From: an uncultured bacterium
Lineage (GTDB): Bacteria; Acidobacteriota; HRBIN11; JAKEFK01
Direction of reading: 5' to 3'
DNA: 64,000 nucleotides
Assembly (NCBI GenBank): GCA_963777505.1
Contig: CAVZQN010000007.1
Span: 128,001 to 192,000 of the forward strand
The notes under the pieces were generated by a model that worked only from the letters and a program-made list of their open reading frames with translations, searched no databases and was not told the origin of the DNA. Positions 43,629-53,675 of the stretch are shown one piece after another; positions within the stretch are counted from its first letter, which is position 1; each line of letters begins with the position of its first letter. A program made the position numbers and the translations under genes.

Positions 43629-44770
43629 TCAGGCTTTTATTTGCTTTTTCCAGCACCGGGTGATATTCCTTTTTCAGCCAGCGATTCAATTTCAAGGCAT
43701 ACTCCAGTGAAGTCTTACTTTTGGCGATCAAATCTGGATCGTATGTCTTTATTTGTTTGCTCTTCTGCCTTCAAAAGATAAAACGTTCCTTCCAGCGCGT
43801 AGGCTTCGGCCGATGTGGAATCAAGGTCGAGATTTTTTTGACGATTTGCAATCCTGTGGAAATCGGTTCACTTGCAGATCGTTTTTGGGAGTGAAGCCAT
43901 TCAGCTTCCCTTCGCAGCATATCTGCATATAGCTGATAGACGGTCGGTTCTTCTTTATTCAACTCGATGGCTTTTTGAAAATTTTTTCGGCCGGTTTGAA
44001 ACAGGGTGCTCGGAGATTGCCCTAATTTTATGTTCCAGCGCGCGGCAAGAGTTTCATCACGTCCTAGAAATCCGAACGGCTCATAATTAGACGGATCTAT
44101 TTCAATCGATTTCTGATAAGAATTGCGCGATTGTTCAAGTAAAGATGTCGGATCATTTCCTTTTTGAAACTCGTAATTTGCCATCTGATAAAAAATACTG
44201 CCGAATCCAGTTGGAACGTACGAATTGTTCATTAGCTCTGCACATTTCTTCAAAGTATCAAGACATTGTGCATATGAGTTAGTGGGACTTCTTCAGAGTT
44301 ACCCTTATCTTCAAGTTCACTCGCTCTTGATTGATAAAGATCTCCCTCCAGTTTTTTCGCATCGTAAGACCAACCGGCTTGCTTTGTAAGCTTCAATGGC
44401 ATTTTTTAGCGCATCACTGTATCGCTTCTAAGCTAAAATCCAATGAGACCTTCCGCATACGCAGGCGAATCAATGCTCGTTTTCGACATCTTCAGATATG
44501 CAACCGCCGGATCACGAAGCTCTTCTCTAGATTTTTCACAAATTGCTCATCACGAAGCCACTTGTTCTTTAATGGATGCTGCTTCGGCTAATTCACGTTG
44601 ATAACGGATTCCATACAGCTTCCCAAGAGTGTAGATTGTTGACGGTTCACGATAATTGGATTGCCACGCAATTTCCAGATTTTGAAATGCTTTATCGTAG
44701 TCACCGATAGCGAAATATCCCAACCCCAGCGCATTATGTCCCGGACCATATGCCCAACTACCAGCTTCCG
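43629..44770 (-). pseudogene. Relic of kinase-TPR paralogue (C-terminal part only)
   Basis: AYGPGHNALGLGYFAIGDYDKA...YREPST matches AHGPGYDALGIGYLALRDYGKA...YREPST of 59831..63205; multiple frameshifts; no kinase domain. Confidence 0.75.
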
Positions 44771-44902
44771 TCGTTCAGATTTTCAATTTTGGAAAGACAC
44801 TTCTTGGCTACAGCTGATTCCAATCTAATGTGCGTGTTGGATTGGAGCTGAATAAACGTTGCTAACGGTAGGGAGTAAAGGAGCGAGAGGAGACCATAAC
44901 GC

Positions 44903-44931
44903 TTGACGTTATTAACGGGGAGCGTTAATAT
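44903..44931 (+). promoter_or_regulatory. Sigma70-like promoter with overlapping palindromic operator (higBA)
   Basis: TTGACG-N17-TAATAT containing TATTAACG-N5-CGTTAATA. Confidence 0.7.
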
Positions 44932-44940
44932 AGGTTTTGT

Positions 44941-45221
44941 GTGATCAAGACCTTTAAGGGCGATGATACCGAAAAGATTTTTAATAGGATTCTTGTTCGC
45001 AGATTTTCACGTGAGGTGCAGCGGAGTGCCCGTCGAAAACTTTTACTTCTGGACGCTGCAGAAAAGTTATCCGATTTAAGCATACCTCCGGGAAACCGTT
45101 TAGAGGCATTGAAAGGAAATCGAAAAGGTCAATATAGCATCAGAATAAATGATCAATGGCGGATTTGTTTTAGTTGATTGGATCTGATGCCGAAGAAGTT
45201 GAAATAACGGATTACCACTAG
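44941..45221 (+). CDS. higB: HigB/RelE-family toxin (plasmid maintenance killer type), frameshift near 45175
   Basis: PPGNRLEALKGNRKGQYSIRINDQWRICF; shifted frame ends VEITDYH. Confidence 0.85.
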
Positions 45222-45231
45222 GAGAAGCGTT

Positions 45232-45525
45232 ATGGCAAAAAAATGATCCCCATTCATCCTGGGGAAATTTTGCAACTAGAATTCTTGCTACCAATGAAAA
45301 TCACACAATACCGCCTTGCTACTGATATCGGCGTGCCTCCTAGACGCATCGATGAGATCGTACACGCAAAACGATCCATTTCCGCAGACACAGCGCTTCG
45401 ATTATCTAGATACTTTTGGTACATCAGAAAGATTTTGGTTGAATCTTCAAGCACGATACGATCTTGATAAAGAAAAAGATCGAATCGAAAAAGTGCTCGC
45501 ACGCATACAACCAATTTCAGCCTGA
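45232..45525 (+). CDS. higA: HigA-family antitoxin (frameshifts near 45240 and 45418)
   Basis: PIHPGEIL...SISADTALRLSRYF-GTSERFWLNLQARYDL. Confidence 0.85.
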
Positions 45526-45566
45526 CATGCTTCCAAAGTAGCGATGAGAATACACAGCACACAATT

Positions 45567-45593
45567 AAAAGGGCCCGATTCAACATCGGGCCC
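45567..45593 (-). terminator. Rho-independent terminator
   Basis: GGGCCCGAT-N5-ATCGGGCCC with TTTT on the minus strand, just after the M4 gene. Confidence 0.7.
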
Positions 45594-45617
45594 CTAATAT
45601 CAGAAAGTAAATTTGTT

Positions 45618-48600
45618 TTAATCATCGGTTTGGATCGTACCTTGAGCTTCAGCATCCACAAGTGTTGCGTTCACTGCGTCGCTCAGTACCACTGAAAAGG
45701 TTTCGTCCTGTTCCGATTTGTTATCACCTTTGATGTTAACCGTTATTTCACCTTCCGTAGCTCCAGCCGGGATAACGAGAGTGCCGCCATTATTCTTTTT
45801 ATAATCCTGGCCTGGTTTTGCTGTGCCCTTTACTATCTCGAAGTTGACTGACACAGTTGCTATCGTTGGTGTTGTAAGCGTGACAATAAAGGTTGCCGGA
45901 GTAGTTCCAGAATCACCTTCAGCAATTTCCACATCGCTGATTGAAATTTCTGGAAGGTTTGGCTGACAACTGAAGACGTTTACATTGTCCACGTACCAAC
46001 CGGTGGCTCCAGTTCCACAATCCGTTCCGAAATCCCAACGCAAGCGGATCGAGTCTCCGGGTTGTGCAAAGTTTCCGAGATTTACGTGTGTACGTCCCCA
46101 TGATCCTTGACTGGCTGAGCCGGGATCAGTGCCGCTCCAGGCTGGCAGTCCTGCTAATGGGTTAGTACTTCCAAGCAAGAACACAATGTAGTTGTTGAAA
46201 GTAAATTCTGATGGCGGAATTTGCTGGAATGGTCCGCCATTTACACTAATCAACAAGATTCCTCCATCGACTGCTGGTTCAGTGGCAATCCAATGGTCGA
46301 ATGTTGCCATAGCAAAGTCGGATGTCGCAGGAAGAATGATCTCAGGACTTGTTAAATTCAAAACTCCAGTTTCATCATCATCTGGCACGCAGTTACCGCT
46401 ATTCGGATCAGGTGAGAAGAAGGCGGATCCGGCACGTCCATCTGGAAGTGAACTGACCCATGTCCAATCGCGAGGTGTGAAGCTAGGTGAAGTTGCAGTG
46501 CGGCCGATGATCCATGATGAGCCAGGATCAGTTTTCAAAGTCGAACAACTGGATGTCTTCTACAACTCCGCTTGTAACTTCGGCATCGCAAAGATCTGGT
46601 AGTCCAGGATTCAGGAGTGGACCAAAATTACAGAATGCTGGTAGTGTCCGCAGTTCAACAGCTTCGATTGCATTGGTTACTTCAGCACAGTCGGCCGGAG
46701 TGATGACTTCGCCAGAATCTCCGCCGGTCAGAGCATTAAGTGGCTGCCCTGTGAGATCTGCGCATGATGCTTCCAACGCATCCGCATGATCAATGAAATC
46801 ACTGTCATCTACGTGATAAACCGTAGCAGCGCGGAAGTGGATATGAACTGCCTTCGTAAGACCGATTGGTGTAACAGTTTCTCCATTAAACGTTCCACCA
46901 TCGATAAGCAAGCGAAAGCGTGGTTTGGTATTCCGGAATTTATGTGTACACCACCGTTATCCGTTGCGTTACAGATGTAGTACGCTGTGTCGGTGACTTT
47001 TCCAGGATTGGAATAGCATGTTGGATTCCACATATCGCGTAGTGCGCCACCCGAAGTAATTTCTTCACCCATCAACCAGCGATACGATTGATCGGCGCCT
47101 TCTTCCGCAAGTAGAGTTACATTCACAACATCTGTTTGGAGAGCTGTTCGTATGGCATTTCCATCAGCTTGTTGAATTCCAAGTGATGGAATTGTCACTT
47201 TCTCTGCTCCGGCTGCAGTACCCATTGGCGGAAGTCCATTGGCCGCATTGTTTGCGATGATCACTCCAACAGCGCCAGCAGCCTGTGCATTGAGTACTTT
47301 CTGAACAAACGTACAGGTACCACGGTTCACAATCGCAATCTTTCCGCTAACGGCTGCAGCGTTTGTTAGTGCTGAGCAACCGTCCAATGTGCTTGGTCCC
47401 GCTGCATCAGCAGGATCAAGCGCGGCTACTACGTCATTCGTAATACCCGTCGATGTTAATGGCGGACCAAAAGAAGCAGATTGAGCGAATTTATCTCCAG
47501 CGATCCCTGCAGGCGAATTCACTTTTACCTGACCTACCGGAGGAGAGAGAACTGGAACATGCTGCTGTAGTGCGCGGTCCACCAGGAGCATGCATACGCC
47601 ACGGTTATTAATAAAATCAATCGTCTCACCCCAAATGTCAGAGTAAGACTCATTCAAAGCACCGGATTGCCATTGATAGATCAGATTGTTTGCATACTGA
47701 GTGTAAGCGTGCCCCCATTCGTGAGCGGTTACATCATCCGTTGTATAACCAGGGCAGAATGAAATGAACGAACCATTCCATGATGCATTCGGACAGCCAT
47801 ATCCACGGTTGAAGATTGCATCCATGATTCCATCTTCACCATCGTATGAAAGATATCCAAACGCATTTTTGAACATGTTATATGTTTCTTCGGAAGCGAT
47901 AATCATGTTGTTTGCTTCCTCTTGCCTGGTTGGAAATCGATCCCCTTCTACCCAATACGGACGGTTCGGATAACTATTGGGAACAACTGGTAAACCTTTG
48001 CCGTTGTAGGCGCGTCGAAACAGGTCATCGTGTACACCAGTAATTCTGTCGATAACTTTTCCTGTATGCGCGTTCACATAAACGAAGTCGCGGATCCCCG
48101 CGCCATCCGTAACTTCGATCTCCCATGCTAAATGGTTGGCACCTGGAACGCCTTTCACCAGGCCTTCCCGAAAAACGTAGAGAGTTTTCTTTCCAATTCT
48201 GAGATTATTTGAATTCCCGCGATCAGAGATTACGAAATTCCGAGCAACCTCTGCGGCACGTCCGCTCTCCCATGTCGGTGTTGGTTTCACAGATATACCA
48301 GGGATTGCAGTTCCAACTACTGCCTTCAGTTGATTCGAAGCGTCAAAATGGGTTTTGATGGTACCGGCAAATACGGGGACGCCTCCATGAAATTGTTTCC
48401 ATGTTAAATGCGTTTCGCCGAGTTGGTCGATGACTTCGGAATGAAATCGAAGCTCATTTGCATCACTCACTCCAAGCGCAGCACCAAAGTTACGGAAAAA
48501 CAATAAGGATTGCTCCTGCTTGTCTTGTTTCGTTGGGGCCTGTGTGATGACCAGCCTGGCACTTGCTTCGGGTTGCAGCCGGATAAATCGAGCAGCACCC

Positions 48601-48762
48601 GTTGACTTTGTGCTTCGAAACCACCAACATCCCACCAGCCGAATCCTGAAGCCGCTTCAATGCAGCATCGCGAGCATCGTTGCTATCAGTCTGCGCCGAC
48701 AAAGTTGGCGTGATTAAGCACGCGCATACAATTACGGCGAACATCGCCTTCCTGAGTTTCAT
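45618..48762 (-). CDS. Thermolysin-like M4 protease with PA domain and C-terminal Calx-beta (several frameshifts)
   Basis: Signal peptide MKLRKAMFAVIV; HEWGH, GALNESYSD, IAIVNRGTC, DNGGVHINSG; Calx-beta (EGDSG...DETFSVVLS); paralogue of 29522..32345. Confidence 0.88.
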
Positions 48763-49107
48763 TTACAACCTCCTGTTCAGGGTTTGAGAGATACTTCAGC
48801 CATCAGTAGTTTTACGCAAAAACTACTTGACTGATTTTTAGAAAAGAGAGACTGCGAGCATCGGATATATGGGTGGATTTTTTAAAACCTGGGGGTGGTC
48901 AAATTATAGCATCAAAAAACTGAAAGATTGCAAGGCCGAACGAAACTCAGCGCAACTAGATTTTATTAAGACTGTCCCGCGCTAAGAAATGACAATGTTA
49001 AATCTTGTGAATTGAACCGAGGCAACTTAAATCGCAGTATGAGCAACTTCCGTTCTTTTTTCGCATTCTGGTGATGCATGACATCGACGTGAACAAAATT
49101 GTTTCCT

Positions 49108-49124
49108 TTGGCAATGAACTTGCT
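49108..49124 (+). promoter_or_regulatory. Sigma54 (-24/-12) promoter
   Basis: TTGGCAATGAACTTGCT, GG-N10-GC, about 50 nt upstream of ATG 49172. Confidence 0.7.
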
Positions 49125-49171
49125 CTCTTGAGTTGGGAGAACGTAGCACATGTCTACGCACAGGAGGAAAA

Positions 49172-49690
49172 ATGCAGATCAAAAAATCAAACGGAATTAG
49201 TGTTTCTCAAACTATTGAGACTCACAATTCCACGATTGAAAAAAAACCGGGCGTAAGTGTAGGTATAAGTTCGATTCCAGATTCTTTTGAATCGGCTTCC
49301 AGTAAGTCCTCTAACGGAAAAACAAATTCAACATCGTCTGCACATCAGCGATTTGAAGTTTCACAGCAACCAAACCTGAAGGACACCCTTTTTAATGCGT
49401 TTCGTCAGTCGATTAGCGAAACGAATGAAGACAAAAAGGATTATCTGGAAAAATTGCAAGAACAGAATCAAACGGCGAACGAACTTAGCGAATATTTGGA
49501 AGAACTCACCAATCAATCACAGGATTTGCAGAATAAGGAAAATTCAAAAGGCTCAGAGCATTCAGAGCCAAAACCTATAGCCGCTACAAATCAAAATGCG
49601 GACCTCTTAGAAGCAGTTGCAAGAAGAAATAGTGAATCTAATGACCTTGGCAGCATTAGAAAGACTTCCAAAAAGGAAGAACGACATTAG
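49172..49690 (+). CDS. Putative secreted substrate with coiled-coil EDKK segment
   Basis: AGGAGG RBS; MQIKK; GISSIPDSFE; FRQSISETNEDKKDYLEKL. Confidence 0.7.
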   Translation: MQIKKSNGISVSQTIETHNSTIEKKPGVSVGISSIPDSFESASSKSSNGKTNSTSSAHQRFEVSQQPNLKDTLFNAFRQSISETNEDKKDYLEKLQEQNQTANELSEYLEELTNQSQDLQNKENSKGSEHSEPKPIAATNQNADLLEAVARRNSESNDLGSIRKTSKKEERH

Positions 49691-50047
49691 ACAAATATTT
49701 TTCTTTGGGCATATTCGCTTCCGTATATCCAAAATGTAAACACAACGCGCGCGAGAGGTCGCAACATTGAAACGGTTGTAGTTTAGAAGTGACAGTTGTT
49801 TTGCGCGCAATTTTGTTGAACTTTTGTCATCAAATACTGTGCGGCCATTATTAATGTAAGTCCCTAACCTGCTCTTTATCAAAACTTCTGCTGGATGAAA
49901 AAGATGAGGAGCGAAGTGCAGAAATGAAACTCGCAAATGTAGCAGCTAAGAGAACAATTAATGCACAGCAAAATAGGTTAATGGATCCATTGGACTGACC
50001 GCTAATAATTGCACCGTCATTAGAGCCGATGGAAATTTAGCGTTGCA

Positions 50048-50075
50048 GCAAGGGCGATCACAACGTCGCCCTTGC
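50048..50075. terminator. Stem-loop between convergent genes
   Basis: GCAAGGGCGA-N8-TCGCCCTTGC. Confidence 0.55.
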
Positions 50076-50132
50076 CAGTCTCCGGAACTTCAAGGGGCTT
50101 AACGGAAAAACGCTAAGCCACGAATAACCTTA

Positions 50133-52007
50133 TTAAACGCCACCAGGAATTTTGGGGTGCAAATCTACATGAGTGTAAGAACTTTGAAGCGCAGATAAAA
50201 GATCGTGACCGTCGCTACCTGGCGCTGCTTCCCGCAGTTCCTGAAAGAGTTCCTCCATGACTTTATCCGCGCGCAAACCCGGATATTCTTTCAACAAATA
50301 TTTCACGGCTTCATCTTTGGTCATATCTTTCAACGCATCCTTCGCTTTTCCATGAACACCTGCAACGATTTTGGAAATCGTTTCCGCGCCTTCGATTCCA
50401 AGCATCTTTTTAGGAATGCCCCCTCCCGGCAGTAAGCTGAATCCAAGATCCATCATCCACTTTAATCCGGCTTCATTCGCAGCCTTGCGATCTTTCGCAC
50501 TCTTAACCGCAGTCTGCATTCCATTGTTAACAAAGCCCATGGTTTCGCCCATGATGTGCGTGAGTTGAGTCCGTTCCATTCCGTATTTCGCAGAGAAAGC
50601 TTGTTTTGACATTTTTGAATCGTTGATGTCGGCCATCCAACCGTTCATTTTTCCTGCAAGAAATTTACTCGTCTCATCACGATACTGGCCTGTAGGTTCA
50701 GAAAACAGAGCATGCTGGAAAAACCCTTCCAGTTTCGGCTGAATTGCCGACCTGTGTGGGTTGTTGCTTTCGTCATCAAATACCGCCTTATTTTGTGCAA
50801 GTCCAGATTTCCAAATCTTATCGAAATCATCCTGGAAAATTCCGGATAAGGCATCTTTCATGTCCGTGCTTTTAGACCAGATTGGGATCCGTTTAGCGTC
50901 AGAGTACACGTCTGCTGCTGATTGGAACATGTTTAACCGAAGGTCTTCCAACTCTTTAACATTAATCGGGAGTGACCGATCACGCGAACCTCCGTGACTT
51001 GCTATGTAGGTAGTATTGACAAGATTAGCGACACCTGTGGGCTGTTGAGTGGCCTCGGCCTTTCTTCCTTCATACGTGGAAGAGGCTTCATAAACGGACT
51101 GAGGTTGATAAGAAGTCGCATCTTTAACAAATGAGTCAAGCTTGTTTTCCTTACTCAGCTTGCTCATGAATTTCAGTTGATCTTCGATGGTAGTTTTCCC
51201 CATCAATTCCGCAGCTGATGTAGCATAAGCCGCTTTCGCTGTAGCATTCCACTGATAGGCTTGATAAAGCTGCATATTGTTTTCAGCAAACGACTTCTTC
51301 AAGTTTTCTGCTTGAGGAAGATTCGAAATGGACGTAGAAAGTTTTGCTAGAGTATCCACTCCCTGAGCGTTTGCAGCATGCACTATGCCCTGGACGTCCG
51401 ATGATGTGAGATCGCCAGATTTATGCAGCGTATGAATAGCATCTCGCACACCTCCTGTATATTTATCAACATCCGCTTTTGAGTTATTGGGACGGCTGAT
51501 GTACAGGAAATTGTGAGATCGTGCGATTAGTTCTTTGCTCTTGTCGCCGCCAATTGCTCCGAAAAATTCCTTCAGATATTTCGGATCATCTTTGTGTTTG
51601 GAAACTAATTCATGAAACTGCAGCGACGCATGAGCCGGGTCGGTATTTTCATATTTCATTACATGAGCTGCAGCTTCGATTGGTTTATCAAAGTTTCTAA
51701 CAACGACATTTTTCAGATCCATTCCGGGTCCGTCAAAGACCGCGGCTTGTGGTTTCGCTCCGGCCGGTAGGGCGTTATTCAAGTTTTGCTGAACCAGTTG
51801 TCCTGATATCTGAAGCTGACTTTTTGTTTCGGTTCCTTGCTGTTTCAAGGCTGTTGAAGTTTTTGCGGTTACTGCAGGGTCGTCCGCAGGTTTCGACGGC
51901 GGTGGTGGGGTTGTGATTGGTTGTTTATCCTGGGTTGCCCCGACATTGCCAGAATCCGTTCGGGTTATAGGTTTTGTTGTTGGATCGCCTATTGGTCCGC
52001 CACCCAT
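50133..52007 (-). CDS. Large hypothetical putative secreted substrate
   Basis: AGGAGG RBS; P/T-rich N-terminus with KSQLQISGQLVQQNLNNAL motif; helical body. Confidence 0.75.
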   Translation of the reverse strand: MGGGPIGDPTTKPITRTDSGNVGATQDKQPITTPPPPSKPADDPAVTAKTSTALKQQGTETKSQLQISGQLVQQNLNNALPAGAKPQAAVFDGPGMDLKNVVVRNFDKPIEAAAHVMKYENTDPAHASLQFHELVSKHKDDPKYLKEFFGAIGGDKSKELIARSHNFLYISRPNNSKADVDKYTGGVRDAIHTLHKSGDLTSSDVQGIVHAANAQGVDTLAKLSTSISNLPQAENLKKSFAENNMQLYQAYQWNATAKAAYATSAAELMGKTTIEDQLKFMSKLSKENKLDSFVKDATSYQPQSVYEASSTYEGRKAEATQQPTGVANLVNTTYIASHGGSRDRSLPINVKELEDLRLNMFQSAADVYSDAKRIPIWSKSTDMKDALSGIFQDDFDKIWKSGLAQNKAVFDDESNNPHRSAIQPKLEGFFQHALFSEPTGQYRDETSKFLAGKMNGWMADINDSKMSKQAFSAKYGMERTQLTHIMGETMGFVNNGMQTAVKSAKDRKAANEAGLKWMMDLGFSLLPGGGIPKKMLGIEGAETISKIVAGVHGKAKDALKDMTKDEAVKYLLKEYPGLRADKVMEELFQELREAAPGSDGHDLLSALQSSYTHVDLHPKIPGGV

Positions 52008-52047
52008 TTTTTTGTCCTCCTGTTACATATTTGTTTACTCTTTAAGG

Positions 52048-52074
52048 AAGACGATCCAACTCACCTAGTGAACG
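52048..52074 (-). promoter_or_regulatory. Bipartite motif CGTTCACT-N13-CGTCTT
   Basis: Recurs at 26194, 56461 and 57405. Confidence 0.6.
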
Positions 52075-52174
52075 GAGAACAAAGACACAAAGAACAAATA
52101 TTACTTAGATCTTATAAATCCTTTGTGACCTTTATTCTTTGTGGTGATTTCAATTCTTTCGCACGCAACATCTC

Positions 52175-53435
52175 CTACTTCTCATCATCAACGATCACTT
52201 TTGAATCATCGCTGTTATAGACAACATCGTTGCCATCTGTTTCCACTGTGATTGGAGCCACGCTATTTTCCTCACTGCGCACCCAGTAATCCTGTCCGGT
52301 ATAAGAATCTCTCATCCAATAACCGCCAGTGTCCGATCCATCATGATTTTCTTTAACGTAAACATGATCGTAGCCTTCTCCTGGATTGATTGTTGTTCCT
52401 TCTCCGGATGTCTGATTGATCCGATCGTTTCCGCCGCCTGTTGCGATTTTGCTGTAATCTCCGCTATTTTCAACCCAATCATTTCCATCGCCGGTCTGAA
52501 TAGTGGAACCACGGCCTTTATTGTCAACGTAATCATCGCCGTCACCGGTAGAAATGGCTGCTCCGATTGGTCCCTCGACTAACACTGAATCATTTCCTGC
52601 TCCCGTATCAACGCGGTTGGCGTAACCGGAGTAAGTGTCAATTCCTCCATTCGTAAAGCGCTCACTGCTCAGGCGAACCCAATCAGCTCCGTCTCCGGTT
52701 TGTATTTCGTTATTGTCTCCGGTTATTTCTACAATATCGTTTCCATCGCCTGTGTTAATTTGATTATTGTCTCCATTCGAGTTGACCGTGTCGTTTCCCG
52801 CACCTGTATCGATCGAAGTAAGCGAGCTCTGATTATTTACTACATCATTTCCATCACCGGTCTGAAGCTTAGTACCGACCAAATAATTCATGTTATGGAT
52901 GTTCACAGTATCGTTTCCTGCGCCAGTATTGATTGTCAGTGACTGATATTGTCTGACTGTCCCGGACCATGCTTCCTTTCCATTTACATTCACATGAACT
53001 CTTCCATCGGAACTCTGTTGGATATCAACGAGATCATCACCATCACCTGTGAACAGGGTCCTGGGCAACAGAGCTCCATTCCATGGATCTCTACCAGTAA
53101 GTGGTTTTCGCTGATCGTATTCAGGTTTGTTATTGATTTGCTGATCTGCCTGACTCTCCGTTAAGGGCGCTTTCAGATCAACTTGTGCGATGTTTTGAAG
53201 CGATTCAGGATTCGATTTCATAGATTCGTTGTTAGCTAGCTGTTGAGTCAACTGTGAGCGCATAGCCATTGTTGAAAACATAGCTTCACTTCGAATCGAT
53301 GAATTTGCGGCCGAAACTGGTTTTGTCTGCGGTGGCGCAATCTGCTCCTGCACATTTTGCTGCTGAGTTTCCTCAGTCTCCGTTTATTTCCGGCGTTGTA
53401 ATCCGTGGTGCTGAATTGATTCCGACCTTAAACAT
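52175..53435 (-). CDS. RTX-like Ca-binding repeat protein with secretion-type N-terminus (frameshift near 53385)
   Basis: True start MFKVGINS at 53435 after AGGAGG; about 10 TGxGxD repeats; RSEAMFSTMAMRSQL motif. Confidence 0.78.
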
Positions 53436-53462
53436 TTTTCCCTCCTGATGCTTTCAGCACTA

Positions 53463-53480
53463 AAGCAACGCTTATGCCAA
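53463..53480 (-). promoter_or_regulatory. Sigma54 (-24/-12) promoter
   Basis: TTGGCATAAGCGTTGCTT, GG-N10-GC. Confidence 0.8.
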
Positions 53481-53533
53481 GGGCATTGTGCGGGGATCTC
53501 GAGGATACGATCAGATCAGAATGCGTTTTGTTT

Positions 53534-53567
53534 TTTGCGAATCGGCAAAAATTTGCCGTTTGGCAAA
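53534..53567. promoter_or_regulatory. Tandem palindromic UAS
   Basis: TTTGCG-AATC-GGCAAA and TTTGCC-GTTT-GGCAAA. Confidence 0.65.
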
Positions 53568-53634
53568 TTCTTGCTTTTACACCCGCTTTTTGAGGGCCAG
53601 TTTTTACTGCGAGCTCTAATTCAGTAGCAGGAAC

Positions 53635-53667
53635 GAGCGCGGGCTTAGGTTTTGTAAGCCCGCGCTC
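53635..53667 (-). terminator. Stem-loop terminator after the S1 protease
   Basis: GAGCGCGGGCTTA-N7-TAAGCCCGCGCTC. Confidence 0.7.
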
Positions 53668-53675
53668 TAAAAAGA

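Noticed and set aside
49011-49047. UAS palindromes upstream of the third sigma54 promoter
   Set aside because: Only half-site matches (GGCAA, AGCAA) with imperfect spacing; not supportable
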